Source of the DNA: Bacteroidales bacterium | GTDB lineage: Bacteria > Bacteroidota > Bacteroidia > Bacteroidales > UBA932 | Assembly (NCBI GenBank): GCA_041667245.1 | Contig: JBAYFJ010000001.1 | Span: 4,489 to 68,488, forward strand | DNA: 64,000 nt | Direction of reading: 5' to 3' | Shown here: positions 9,298-19,491 of the stretch, piece after piece | How the letters are laid out: each line of letters starts with the position of its first letter | Numbering within the stretch: position 1 is the first letter of the stretch | The notes under the pieces: model-generated | Database searches by the model: none | What the model saw: the letters and a program-made list of their open reading frames with translations, nothing else | What the model was told of the DNA's origin: nothing | Translations under genes and position numbers: made by a program

Positions 9298-9352
9298 GTG
9301 TCATAGTTTGTTAGTACACTGCAAATGTACGAATGTTTTTTTAATTCGCAAA
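9298..9352 (-). promoter_or_regulatory. Promoter (-33 TTTG, 19 nt, -7 TACATTTG) with palindromic YtrA-type operator
   Basis: Operator GTGT-CA-TA-GTTTGT-TA-GT-ACAC at 9298-9319; -7 at 9322-9329; -33 at 9349-9352. Confidence 0.75.
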
Positions 9353-9497
9353 TATATTTTCAAAAAATCAATGATAATCTGCTTCCACGACAGACGAACG
9401 AGACCTCCGTCACCGCAACTTTCTCAAAAGAGGACAGAGTACGCACAGAATGAGAGATTGAATAATGAGAGGATTTTCTTATTCCCAAATAAATTAC

Positions 9498-9555
9498 TAT
9501 CTTTGCGGTCGTGATGGGAGATAGAGGACAGAGGTCCCCTATCTTTTTTATTTTA
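9498..9555 (+). promoter_or_regulatory. rimP operon promoter and leader terminator (attenuator-like)
   Basis: TATCTTTG at 9498-9505, then hairpin AGATAGAGGAC-AGAG-GTCCCCTATCT (9519-9544) and a T-run upstream of rimP. Confidence 0.7.
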
Positions 9556-9611
9556 TTCGGAGGACGTCAGGCGGCGGGGAAAAGGAATTAGAGACAATAT
9601 ATAATTGAGAT

Positions 9612-10106
9612 ATGGTTATTTCTGAAATTGAGAAAGCGATAGCAAACGAGGTTGCCTCGCGCGGATGTTTTGTCGTGGGGATCACGGTGAGCAAGGACAA
9701 TGACGTGATGATTATCGTGGAGAAAGATAACGGGTCGGTGGTTATGGATGATTGCGTTGCAGTCAATGACGCTTTCGAGAAGGCTTTTGACAGGGAGAGG
9801 GAAGATTATTCTCTCACGGTGACCTCGGCGGGTCTGGATCAGCCATTCAAGGTACTCAGACAGTTTCAGAAAGCAATCGGGTCGAAGGTGGAGGTAGCTT
9901 TGAGGGGCGAGACGAAGACCGGAAGCAAAAAGCTGACGGGCATTTTGGAAAAAGCCGATGAAGAGAGTGTTACCATCAGATATTCAGTAAAGGAGTCAGT
10001 GGAGGGCAAGAAAAAGAAGGAGATGGTGGAACACGTGGAGACTTTCTCTTTGGAGGAAGTCAATTCCGTTAGGGAACATATTGAATTCGACAATTCACAA
10101 GAGTAA
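9612..10106 (+). CDS. rimP: Ribosome maturation factor RimP
   Basis: DDC..V...F...FDRE.EDYSL.V.SAGL.QPFKV.RQ; first gene of rimP-nusA-infB. Confidence 0.93.
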   Translation: MVISEIEKAIANEVASRGCFVVGITVSKDNDVMIIVEKDNGSVVMDDCVAVNDAFEKAFDREREDYSLTVTSAGLDQPFKVLRQFQKAIGSKVEVALRGETKTGSKKLTGILEKADEESVTIRYSVKESVEGKKKKEMVEHVETFSLEEVNSVREHIEFDNSQE

Positions 10107-10211
10107 TATAAGCATTAGGAGTAGAAGGGCAAAAGTAGCGTATCCGGAGAGTGCGATAGAAGTGAAAAGATCAAGAAAATAATATAAAATAATTAAGAAT
10201 CTATACACCAA

Positions 10212-11483
10212 ATGGAAAAAGAAAACGAAGTAACTCTTATTGATGCCTTCAAAGACTTCAAAGAGGAAAAAAACATTGACAGGCCCGTAATGATGGGCGT
10301 TCTCAAAGATGTGTTTCTGACCCAGATCACGAAGACGTTCGGATCGGCAGACAACTTCGATGTCATCATAAACGTCGACAAAGGAGACTGCGAGATCTAT
10401 CAGAACTTTGACATAGTGGAACTGGTTGAGAATCCTAACACTCAGATGACTATTGAGGAAGTGAAGGAAGAGACAGGCGAGGATGACTATGAGGTCGGAG
10501 ACACCTACACCAAGAAATTGAGCCTTCAGTCATTTGGAAGAAGGGGTATTCTGAACATCAGGCAGAATCTTCAAGGCAGAATTATGGACATTGAGAAAGC
10601 CAATGTCTTCAAGAAATATAATGAGATGATCGGCGAGATCTTCACGGGGGAGGTCTATCAGACTTGGTCGAAGGAAGTTCTCATCCTCGATGAGGGCGGC
10701 AACGAGCTCCGTCTCCCTAAGACTGAGCAGATTCCGGGCGAGCGTTTCAAGAAGAATGACACCGTGAGAGCGGTGATCAAGAGCGTGGAAATGAAAAACA
10801 ACACTACTCCTTACATCGTTCTTTCAAGAACTTCAAATGAGTTCCTCGAGAAGTTGTTCGAGGCCGAGGTGCCGGAGATATATGACGGAATCATCACCAT
10901 TAAGAAAGTGGTCCGTATCCCCGGTGAGAGAGCTAAAGTGGCCGTGGAGTCATACGACGAGAGAATTGACCCGATCGGAGCTTGTATCGGCATGAAAGGT
11001 TCGAGGATTATGGGTATTGTCAGGGAGCTTAGAAATGAGAATATAGATGTTATCCAATGGACCAGCAACATACAACTGCTTATCCAGAGGGCGCTTACTC
11101 CTGCTAAGATTTCTTCTATCGATCTCGGAACCAATCCCGAAGACAAGATCAAAGTCTTTATGCAGCCGGACGAAGTCAAGAAAGGCATCGGAAGGGGAGG
11201 TTGCAACATCAAACTCGCCGGAATGCTCGTGGACAGAGAGCTTGAGGTATGGAGGGAGTTGCCAAAAGACGAGACCGCAAGCGTGGCTGACGAAGATGTG
11301 CTCTTGAGCGAGTTCAGCGATGTGATTGACCAGTGGGTTATCGACAAGCTTGAAGGGATCGGTTGCGACACAGCGAAGAGCGTGCTCGCACTCACTCCTG
11401 AGGATGTGGCAAAGAGGGCGGATCTTGAAGACGAGACGGTAGCGTCAGTGTTCAAAGTGTTGAAGGCCGAGTTTGAGGACTAA
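10212..11483 (+). CDS. nusA: Transcription termination/antitermination factor NusA
   Basis: S1 and KH domains, EVPEI.DG, R.PGERAKVAV, DP.GACIGMKGSRI..IVREL.NENID. Confidence 0.97.
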   Translation: MEKENEVTLIDAFKDFKEEKNIDRPVMMGVLKDVFLTQITKTFGSADNFDVIINVDKGDCEIYQNFDIVELVENPNTQMTIEEVKEETGEDDYEVGDTYTKKLSLQSFGRRGILNIRQNLQGRIMDIEKANVFKKYNEMIGEIFTGEVYQTWSKEVLILDEGGNELRLPKTEQIPGERFKKNDTVRAVIKSVEMKNNTTPYIVLSRTSNEFLEKLFEAEVPEIYDGIITIKKVVRIPGERAKVAVESYDERIDPIGACIGMKGSRIMGIVRELRNENIDVIQWTSNIQLLIQRALTPAKISSIDLGTNPEDKIKVFMQPDEVKKGIGRGGCNIKLAGMLVDRELEVWRELPKDETASVADEDVLLSEFSDVIDQWVIDKLEGIGCDTAKSVLALTPEDVAKRADLEDETVASVFKVLKAEFED

Positions 11484-11645
11484 ACAGAACTGAATGGGTC
11501 TGAAGGTCTGAAGAGAAATGACAAGGGCTAAAGGGTCCGAAAAAGATAAAGAGAACTGAAAAGGTGTGAAGAGGCCGGAAAAGGGCCGAAGACAGTCCGA
11601 AAATGGCTAAGCGGCCTAAACGGCAAAAGTGGCGAAAGCGGAATA
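11484..11645 (+). repeat. Degenerate ~10-nt tandem repeat array (consensus about NNGGNCYGAA)
   Basis: About 16 units such as TGGGTCTGAA, AGGGTCCGAA, GAGAACTGAA, AAGGTGTGAA, GAGGCCGGAA, AAGGGCCGAA, ACAGTCCGAA between nusA and infB. Confidence 0.6.
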
Positions 11646-11666
11646 TTAATTAGAAAAGGGGTTTAT

Positions 11667-14600
11667 ATGGCAGAAATCAGATTAAACAAGTTATTAAAGC
11701 AATTCAACATCGGCCTGCAGACGCTGGTCGATTTTCTTGCGAGCAAAGGGGTTCAGGTTGAGAACAATCCTAACCTCAAAATTTCAGACGAGTGCATTCC
11801 GATGCTCCAGAAGCAGTTCGGAAAGGACTTGGAATTGAAAGAGGCGTCGGAGAAAGTCGACATCAAGCTGACCGAGATTCTTGAGAAATCGGCTAAAAAG
11901 CAACAAGACAGCAAGAAAGAGGAGGAAGAAGAGGAGCCGGAGCAGGAGATGATCATCAAGAACACGAGTTTCATTCCTTCAGACAAATCAGAAGACATCC
12001 AGCCTGTCAAAAAGGCCGAAGAATCCGATTTACCACAAAAAACGGAGCCTAAACAAGAGATGGAACCGGTCATTGAGAATCAGCCGAAAGTGGAACCGGT
12101 GCCGAATAGAGAACCTGAGCCAACTCAACAAGTTCAGTCTCGGATAGTTCAGGAACAGGAGAACCCTAAAGCAGCACCGACGGCTGAGCCACAGACGGAG
12201 CCGAAAAAGGATGCGCGGACAGCTAATGCTGAGAGCATTGAGAGCACCTCCGGGGAAACAGCGGAGCCGTCCACAATTCAGACGGACAAAGAAATCGAGG
12301 CAAAAACTTCGGAGGACAAACCTAAGGCCGAGCCTGAAAAGGTAATAGCTGAGGCAATCCATCAGCAGGAGACACGTCAGGAAAACGCTCTGACGGAGAA
12401 CAAGCCGGAGGAAAAAGTTCAAGAAAAGAACACGGACGAAACCGCTAAGGATCCTAAACACAACGAGGTCATTCCGGAAATCCAATCAAATGAGAAGGCT
12501 ATGGAAGAGAAATCCCGGAATGAAAATGCTCTCACAGAAAAAGTGCAGCAAAACAATCGAGAGACTAAGGAAGATGAATCCTTGAACGAGAATGCTCACG
12601 TTGAGAAGAGGCAGAAAGATTTCCATAAGGAATCAGAGCGCCATAACGACAAAGACGCCAAGGCAGAAGTCGCCCCAACCCCTGCGACCAGACCTCAGGA
12701 GTCAGAAGTCAAAGAAGCTCAGAAACCTGAGGACAAGAAACCTGAGGAAAGAACCGGCCTTAAGATTCTCGGAAAGATGGACGTCTCTCAATTCGAGAGA
12801 AGAGACAAGCACAAAAAGAGAGAGAGAATAGCAAAAGGCAGTCAGAAAGTCGATGTGGACAAACTGGGCAAAGAAAACGACCAGAACTCCGGCGGCAAAA
12901 AGGATGCTCAGAAAGGTGGTCAGAAAGGACGCAACAATCAAAACAATAACGGCGGGTCAAACAGCAACGGCAGCGGCAATAACAACAGAAACCAGCGCCC
13001 TAATCAGAACAATGCAGCCAACAACAATGGCGGAAACAATGTTCAGGGCAAAGGCGGCAAGAGACGCGGCAACAACCGCAACGACCGTTTCCGTCCCGCT
13101 ATGACAGAAGCAGAACAGGAGGAAATGCAGAAGGAAATCCAGAAGCAGGTCAAAGAGACTTACGCAAAGATGAACGAAAGCAAATCCAAGACAAACTTCG
13201 GAGCCAAGTACAGAAAGGAAAAGAGAGAGATAGCGGCCCAGAAATCACAAGAGGAAATCCAGGAGGCGGCTAAGGAGAACAAGACCTTGAAAGTGACCGA
13301 GTTCGTGACTGTCAATGACCTTGCCACCCTGATGAACAACACTCCGGTCAACAAAGTCATTGCGGCTTGTATGAACCTCGGGCTTATGGTTTCCATCAAC
13401 CAGAGACTTGACGCTGAGGCTCTTGTGCTCGTGGCTGAGGAATTCGGCTACAAAGTGGACTTCGTTACCGCAGATCTTTCAGACGAAATCAAACAAGACA
13501 CTGAGGTCGCGGAAGACGACTCCCAACTGGTCACGAGGCCTCCTATCATCACGGTGATGGGACACGTGGACCACGGTAAAACATCATTGCTGGACTACAT
13601 CCGCAAATCCAATGTCATAGCCGGAGAGGCGGGAGGAATCACCCAGCACATCGGAGCCTACAACGTGGTGCTTTCCAGCGGAAGGCGAATCACCTTCCTC
13701 GACACCCCGGGACACGAGGCATTCACGGCAATGCGTGCCAGAGGTGCTCAGCTCACCGACCTTGCCATCATCATCATCGCGGCTGATGACACAGTGATGC
13801 CTCAGACCAAAGAGGCAATCAACCACGCACAGGCTGCGGGAGTGCCTATGGTCTTCGCGATCAACAAGATAGACAAACCGGGCGCACAACCTGAGAAGAT
13901 ACGCCAGCAACTTGCCCAGATGAACATTTTAGTCGAGGACTGGGGCGGAAAATACCAATGTCAGGAAATCTCCGCGAAAAAAGGTGTCAACGTAGACAAG
14001 CTTCTGGAGAAAGTGCTTCTGGAAACGGATCTGCTCGATCTCAAGGCCAACCCTAAGAAACCGGGAGTCGGCGCAGTCATAGAGTCCTCACTCGACAAGG
14101 GCAGAGGCTATCTCGCCACCGTTCTTGTCCAGGACGGTACGGTTAAAGTCGGAGACGTCATTCTGAGCGGCTGCTATTACGGCAGGGTAAAGGCGATGTT
14201 CAACGAACGCGGACAGAAGATTGACCAGGCCGGTCCTTCAACCCCTGTCTCCATCCTCGGACTGGACGGAGCGCCGAGCGCAGGCGACAAATTCGCGGTA
14301 CTCTCCGATGAGAAAGAGGCAAAAGCAATCGCAAACAAGAGAGAGCAACTGATCAGAATCCAGGACATCAAGACACAGAAACATATGACCCTTGAGGAAA
14401 TCGGACGTCGAATAGCAATCGGCAACTTCAAGGAGCTCAATGTCATCGTCAAAGGTGATGTGGACGGCTCCGTGGAGGCCCTTTCAGATTCATTGATCAA
14501 ACTCTCCACAGAGGAAGTCAAAGTCAACGTCATACACAAGGCTGTCGGCGCCATATCCGAATCGGACGTGCTTTTGGCCGAGGCATCGGACGCGGTCATT

Positions 14601-15041
14601 GTCGGATTCCAGGTCCGCCCTACCTCTGAGGTGAGGAAACTCGCGGAAAAGGCCGGAATCGAAATAAGGCTTTATTCAATCATCTACGATGCCATCAACG
14701 ATGTCAAGGAAGGTATTGAAGGCATGCTTGAGCCTGAGAAGAAAGAAGAGGTCACGGCAACCGCTGAAGTCAAACAGACATTCAAAATTTCAAAGGTCGG
14801 AACAATCGCAGGCTGCATAGTCAGAGACGGCAAGATGACCAAGAACACTAAAGCCCGCCTCATCAGAGACGGAATCGTGATCTACACCGGGGACCTGTCA
14901 TCCCTCAAGAGAGGAAAAGACGATGTCAAAGAGGTCGTGGCCGGAATGGAATGCGGAATCGGAATCGAGAATTTCAATGACATCAAAGACGGGGACACCA
15001 TTGAGGCGTTCCACATCGTGGAAATCAAAAAAACGCTGTAA
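11667..15041 (+). CDS. infB: Translation initiation factor IF-2 with long low-complexity N-terminus
   Basis: [40 protein letters not shown]-terminal SLKR.KDDVKEV..G.ECG. Confidence 0.98.
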   Translation: MAEIRLNKLLKQFNIGLQTLVDFLASKGVQVENNPNLKISDECIPMLQKQFGKDLELKEASEKVDIKLTEILEKSAKKQQDSKKEEEEEEPEQEMIIKNTSFIPSDKSEDIQPVKKAEESDLPQKTEPKQEMEPVIENQPKVEPVPNREPEPTQQVQSRIVQEQENPKAAPTAEPQTEPKKDARTANAESIESTSGETAEPSTIQTDKEIEAKTSEDKPKAEPEKVIAEAIHQQETRQENALTENKPEEKVQEKNTDETAKDPKHNEVIPEIQSNEKAMEEKSRNENALTEKVQQNNRETKEDESLNENAHVEKRQKDFHKESERHNDKDAKAEVAPTPATRPQESEVKEAQKPEDKKPEERTGLKILGKMDVSQFERRDKHKKRERIAKGSQKVDVDKLGKENDQNSGGKKDAQKGGQKGRNNQNNNGGSNSNGSGNNNRNQRPNQNNAANNNGGNNVQGKGGKRRGNNRNDRFRPAMTEAEQEEMQKEIQKQVKETYAKMNESKSKTNFGAKYRKEKREIAAQKSQEEIQEAAKENKTLKVTEFVTVNDLATLMNNTPVNKVIAACMNLGLMVSINQRLDAEALVLVAEEFGYKVDFVTADLSDEIKQDTEVAEDDSQLVTRPPIITVMGHVDHGKTSLLDYIRKSNVIAGEAGGITQHIGAYNVVLSSGRRITFLDTPGHEAFTAMRARGAQLTDLAIIIIAADDTVMPQTKEAINHAQAAGVPMVFAINKIDKPGAQPEKIRQQLAQMNILVEDWGGKYQCQEISAKKGVNVDKLLEKVLLETDLLDLKANPKKPGVGAVIESSLDKGRGYLATVLVQDGTVKVGDVILSGCYYGRVKAMFNERGQKIDQAGPSTPVSILGLDGAPSAGDKFAVLSDEKEAKAIANKREQLIRIQDIKTQKHMTLEEIGRRIAIGNFKELNVIVKGDVDGSVEALSDSLIKLSTEEVKVNVIHKAVGAISESDVLLAEASDAVIVGFQVRPTSEVRKLAEKAGIEIRLYSIIYDAINDVKEGIEGMLEPEKKEEVTATAEVKQTFKISKVGTIAGCIVRDGKMTKNTKARLIRDGIVIYTGDLSSLKRGKDDVKEVVAGMECGIGIENFNDIKDGDTIEAFHIVEIKKTL

Positions 15042-15044
15042 GGG

Positions 15045-15719
15045 ATGCTGATTGTAGTGGAAGGTCTCGACGGCTCCGGCAAATCCACCCAAGTGCGGAA
15101 ACTCAGGGAGTATTTGGAGAAGTCGCAAAAGCGACTTGAATATATTCATTTTCCCAGATATGACGCTCCGGTCTACGGGGAACTTATCGGAAAATTCCTG
15201 CGAGGTGGATTCGGCGACATAAATTCCGTCAATCCTCAATTCGTGGCGCTACTCTTCGCCGAGGACAGGCATCTGGCATGCCCTCAGATGAGAAAGACGC
15301 TCGAGGAAGGAGGAACTGTGCTACTGGACAGATACGTCTACTCCAACATCGCCTATCAGTGCGCCAAAGTGAGCGACCCTGCTGAAAGGGAAAACCTCCG
15401 CCACTGGATCATAGAGACGGAATACGGTGACTTCAATCTTCCGGTACCGGACCTGAACTTGTTCCTTGACTCCCCCATCGGATTTGTGGAAGAGAAACTC
15501 TCCCACAAGCGCGGAGGAAAGGACAGGCAATATCTGGAAGGAAAAGAGGACATTCACGAATCTGACATCAATTTTCAGAAAAAAGTCAGAGATCTCTACA
15601 TTGAACAGACTAAGGAAGATCCGGATTTCACACTAATTGACTGCTCGGACGGCAAAGGAGCGATGCTTCCCCAAGATTCGATATTCGCTAAAATCACACA
15701 AGCGGTAGAAGGCATTTAA
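15045..15719 (+). CDS. tmk: Thymidylate kinase
   Basis: EGLDGSGKSTQ P-loop, HFPRY, LDRY..SN.AYQ. Confidence 0.9.
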   Translation: MLIVVEGLDGSGKSTQVRKLREYLEKSQKRLEYIHFPRYDAPVYGELIGKFLRGGFGDINSVNPQFVALLFAEDRHLACPQMRKTLEEGGTVLLDRYVYSNIAYQCAKVSDPAERENLRHWIIETEYGDFNLPVPDLNLFLDSPIGFVEEKLSHKRGGKDRQYLEGKEDIHESDINFQKKVRDLYIEQTKEDPDFTLIDCSDGKGAMLPQDSIFAKITQAVEGI

Positions 15720-15725
15720 CACGCA

Positions 15726-16958
15726 ATGACTATGACTAAAACCTGGTACAGAATCAGAAAGATTTGCTCGATACTCATCGGGATCGTGTTTTTCATCGCA
15801 GGAATCTCCAAACTGATGGATCCCGTCGGCGCTGGACTCGTAGTTGGAGAATATTTCAAATTCTTCCACCTCGGATTCCTGAATTTCGCATCTCAAGGAG
15901 TCGGCGTGACAATGGCATTGCTGGAGACTTTGATGGGGGCCGCTTTGATCACAAGCGTGTTCAGGAAACTTACGGCCATTCTTTCTTCGGTTATGACCGC
16001 CTTCTTCACACTGCTCACCCTAATTTTGCTGATTTTCAATCCACCAATGGATTGCGGATGCTTTGGAGAAGTGGTGGAACTGTCTCATCTTGAGACATTC
16101 CTCAAAAACATCGGTTTGTGCATTCTGGCTGCGGTCGCTTTCTTACCGATGAGAGATCTTGGACATTCCAAGAAATCCAAGCACGTGTCATTCTGGATTG
16201 TGACCGTCTCGGTCATATTTTTTGCGCTGGCATCCTTGATGTCCATTCCGTTAGTCGACTACACACCTTATAAGGTTGATTCGGAACTTGCCGCGGTCAA
16301 GAGAGAGAATATGAATTTCGATGAGTATATGTCGACTTTCATCTATGAGAAAAACGGGGTTGAGGGCTCTTTCACGCTGGACAATCTGCCGGACTCAACA
16401 TGGGTCTACAAAAAGACAGAGACCGTCAAAAGAGACAATGCGGATGAAGGGGATATAATCAACTCCCTGTCATTCACTGACGCATCCGGGCACTACCAGG
16501 ATTCGCTTGCGGGAAACGAAGCTGTGATGATAGTGTCGCTTTACAAGCCTTCGACAATCAACGGCAACACTTGGAAAAAGATTTCGGCATTTCTGTCCGA
16601 TGCCTCTAAAGAAGGCTTCAACCCCCTGCTTCTTCTCTCGACCACGCCAGCGGAATTGGAAAAGATGCTTTCTAAGGCCAATCTTACTCAGACTGAAAAA
16701 ACCACTCTGATGATTTCCGCCTACTTTGCCGATTACAAGTCGCTTATCTCTCTCAACCGGTCAAACGGAGGAGCCACTTACTACTACAACGGAGAATTGA
16801 TATGCAAATGGGCGCAAGGAGTCCTTCCAGACAAAGACAAACTTGCGGAGACCTTTAGCGCGGATCAGACGGATCTAATGCTCAAATCGGAGACAAAAGG
16901 AAGACTTTTCTACCACTCGTTCCTGCTCTACGTTTTCGCAATAATGATATTCATTTAA
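15726..16958 (+). CDS. DoxX/MauE-family membrane protein with periplasmic C-terminal domain
   Basis: G.VF..AG..K..DP.G, DCGCFG, RSNGG motifs. Confidence 0.8.
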   Translation: MTMTKTWYRIRKICSILIGIVFFIAGISKLMDPVGAGLVVGEYFKFFHLGFLNFASQGVGVTMALLETLMGAALITSVFRKLTAILSSVMTAFFTLLTLILLIFNPPMDCGCFGEVVELSHLETFLKNIGLCILAAVAFLPMRDLGHSKKSKHVSFWIVTVSVIFFALASLMSIPLVDYTPYKVDSELAAVKRENMNFDEYMSTFIYEKNGVEGSFTLDNLPDSTWVYKKTETVKRDNADEGDIINSLSFTDASGHYQDSLAGNEAVMIVSLYKPSTINGNTWKKISAFLSDASKEGFNPLLLLSTTPAELEKMLSKANLTQTEKTTLMISAYFADYKSLISLNRSNGGATYYYNGELICKWAQGVLPDKDKLAETFSADQTDLMLKSETKGRLFYHSFLLYVFAIMIFI

Positions 16959-16959
16959 G

Positions 16960-17787
16960 ATGGACGGAATAGACTCCGGGAGAGAAATAGACATAATGGG
17001 GATTGTCAATCTCACCGACAATTCGTACTACAGTCCGAGCAGATGCCTCAATAGTGACGGAACAGACGACATCGTCAAGATAATCGAAAGAGTCGCGCTA
17101 ATGATTTCACAAGGCGCGACCTACATAGACTTAGGCGCTTGTTCCTCAAAACCGGGCTCCGTGCCGGTCGGGGCGGAAGAAGAGTGGAGAAGACTCGAGC
17201 CGGCACTGAAAGCTGTCAAAGAGGCATTTCCCGACACAAAGATTTCCATAGACACGTATCTGGAAAAAGTCGTGCGCAAAACCTTCGACCTCATAGGTCC
17301 TTTCTTGGTCAACGACATTTCCGCAGGAGAGGATGATCCGAAAATGCTGCCCACAGTAGGAAAATTGGGACTTGAGTATGTGGCGATGCACAAAAGAGGC
17401 ACCCCGTCCACGATGCAGGCATTCACTGACTACGCCAACGTCACAGACTCCGTGGTCGATTACTTCAAGGAGTTCAGCGACAAAGCCGATGAAAACGGCA
17501 TAAAGAACTGGATTCTTGACCCGGGTTTCGGCTTCGCAAAGACAGCGAACCAGAACTTGCAGCTGCTTGGAGATTTGGGAACATTTCAGGCATTTCACAA
17601 GAGAGTGCTTGTCGGAATCTCACGCAAGAGTATGATTTACAAGCCTTTCCGAATCACTCCGGAAGACTCTCTTCCCGCCACTCAGGTACTTCACTATATT
17701 GCTCTTCAACACGGGGCGGACATTCTTAGGGTACACGACGTGAGGGAAGCTGCACAGACGATAGACTATTACAGACAATTCAATTAA
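16960..17787 (+). CDS. folP: Dihydropteroate synthase
   Basis: IMGIVN.T..S, ID.GACS..PG, SIDT, NDIS, DPGFGFAK, G.SRKS, LRVHDV. Confidence 0.95.
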   Translation: MDGIDSGREIDIMGIVNLTDNSYYSPSRCLNSDGTDDIVKIIERVALMISQGATYIDLGACSSKPGSVPVGAEEEWRRLEPALKAVKEAFPDTKISIDTYLEKVVRKTFDLIGPFLVNDISAGEDDPKMLPTVGKLGLEYVAMHKRGTPSTMQAFTDYANVTDSVVDYFKEFSDKADENGIKNWILDPGFGFAKTANQNLQLLGDLGTFQAFHKRVLVGISRKSMIYKPFRITPEDSLPATQVLHYIALQHGADILRVHDVREAAQTIDYYRQFN

Positions 17788-17799
17788 ATACTATAAACA

Positions 17800-19143
17800 A
17801 TGGACACTCATTCCTTAATGGCGATTTCACCGGTCGACGGCAGATATGCGGACAAGACAAACTCTCTCAAAGACTATTTCAGCGAATACGCGCTGATCCG
17901 TTACAGAGTCAAGGTTGAGATAGAGTACTTCATAGCTTTGTGCGAGATTCCTCTCCCCCAACTCTCAGATTTCGACCATTCCAATTTCGATAAGCTCAGG
18001 GACATCTACAGATGCCTCACTCCTGAGAATGCGATAAAAGTCAAAGATATAGAGAAGATTACCAATCACGATGTAAAGGCTGTGGAGTATTTCATAAAGG
18101 AATATTTCAAGGAATACGGTCTGGAGAAATGGAGCGAGTTCGTCCATTTCGGTCTGACGTCGCAGGACATCAACAACACCGCCCAGCCTCTCTCGCTGAA
18201 GGACGCTGTGGAGGGAGTTTACCTGCCGTCGCTTAAAGAGGTCCTGTCCATAATCAAGGATATGGCGGAGAAATGGAAAGATGTCCCTATGATGGCAAAA
18301 ACTCACGGTCAGCCCGCGACACCAACACATTTGGGAAAAGAGTTCAGAGTGTTTGAGGTGAGAATTGAAGAACAGCTGAGACAATTCAGTCTGCTCACAT
18401 ATCCCTGCAAATTCGGCGGGGCCACCGGGAATATGAACGCACACAAAGTGGCCTATCCTCATATAGACTGGATCAGTTTCGGCAACAAGTTCACTGCTTC
18501 TCTGGGCCTGAAAAGGTCTTTCCCGACCACTCAGATAGACCACTACGACAATCTCGCGGCCATATTCGACAATCTGAGAAGAATCAACACCATTCTGATT
18601 GATCTGTGCAGAGACATCTGGACTTACATCTCGATGGAGTACTTCAAACAGAAAGTGAATGCGGGCGAAGTCGGTTCCTCGGCTATGCCTCACAAGGTCA
18701 ACCCGATAGACTTCGAGAATGCTGAGGGTAATCTGGGATATGCCGACTCCATACTCACCTTTCTTTCGCTAAAACTGCCAATCTCACGCCTTCAGAGAGA
18801 CCTTACCGACTCAACGGTGCTGAGGAACGCCGGAATGCCGATCGCACACGGTCTCATTGCTTTCGCATCTTTGAAAAAGGGTCTCGGCAAACTGATTCTG
18901 AACGAGCAAGCTATCCACGCTGATCTTCAGAGGAATTGGGCTGTGATTGCTGAAGCCGTGCAGACAATTCTGCGCCGCGAGAATTATCCCAATCCGTACG
19001 AGACGCTCAAGGCGCTCACACGCACGGGCTCCGCAATTGACGAGAACACTATGGAGACATTCATCAGCGGGCTAAACGTAAGTGACGAGGTTAAGGACGA
19101 ACTCAGAGCGATAACGCCTTGGAACTACACCGGTTACTGTTAG
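17800..19143 (+). CDS. purB: Adenylosuccinate lyase
   Basis: SP.DGRY, TNHDVKAVEY, HFGLTSQDINN, GSSAMPHKVNPIDFEN, SRLQRDL.DST. Confidence 0.97.
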   Translation: MDTHSLMAISPVDGRYADKTNSLKDYFSEYALIRYRVKVEIEYFIALCEIPLPQLSDFDHSNFDKLRDIYRCLTPENAIKVKDIEKITNHDVKAVEYFIKEYFKEYGLEKWSEFVHFGLTSQDINNTAQPLSLKDAVEGVYLPSLKEVLSIIKDMAEKWKDVPMMAKTHGQPATPTHLGKEFRVFEVRIEEQLRQFSLLTYPCKFGGATGNMNAHKVAYPHIDWISFGNKFTASLGLKRSFPTTQIDHYDNLAAIFDNLRRINTILIDLCRDIWTYISMEYFKQKVNAGEVGSSAMPHKVNPIDFENAEGNLGYADSILTFLSLKLPISRLQRDLTDSTVLRNAGMPIAHGLIAFASLKKGLGKLILNEQAIHADLQRNWAVIAEAVQTILRRENYPNPYETLKALTRTGSAIDENTMETFISGLNVSDEVKDELRAITPWNYTGYC

Positions 19144-19149
19144 ACGTAA

Positions 19150-19491
19150 CTATTTGTCGATCAGATAGACATCATCCCCGGGCTCGGCGAAATTAAAATT
19201 CTCGCGCGCGAACTTCTCAAGGGTGTCCTTGTCGGTGGAAAGCATCTTTATCTGCTTGTCCATCTGTTCGTTCTGTTCTTTGTAGCGGGCAATCTGCTTT
19301 TCCTGCTGATGCTTTTGAACGCACGCTTTGCCCCACCTGAGGATGCTGTCATCGCTGAAGAAACCAACAAACAACAACAGCAGTGCGGTAGAGATTATCG
19401 CATATCTGAAGAAGGAGCGCCTCTCCGGATTGTCGCCGCCGAGATTCTTCCAAAAATCAACGATATGTCTTATGATTCCAAGCTTAGCCAA
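19150..19491 (-). CDS. FtsB/DivIC septum formation initiator
   Basis: One TM helix, coiled coil, LEKFARE.......EPGDDVY. Confidence 0.85.
   Translation of the reverse strand: MAKLGIIRHIVDFWKNLGGDNPERRSFFRYAIISTALLLLFVGFFSDDSILRWGKACVQKHQQEKQIARYKEQNEQMDKQIKMLSTDKDTLEKFARENFNFAEPGDDVYLIDK

Noticed and set aside
11484-11645. Possible CRISPR array
   Set aside because: Units are about 10 nt, degenerate and have no spacers; no cas genes in the window.
10811-18693. Long antisense ORFs over nusA, infB, folP and purB (e.g. 10811-11455, 17965-18693), and similar ones at 22930-23532, 53280-53888 and 61777-62403
   Set aside because: All are shadows of well-supported genes and show no domain features.
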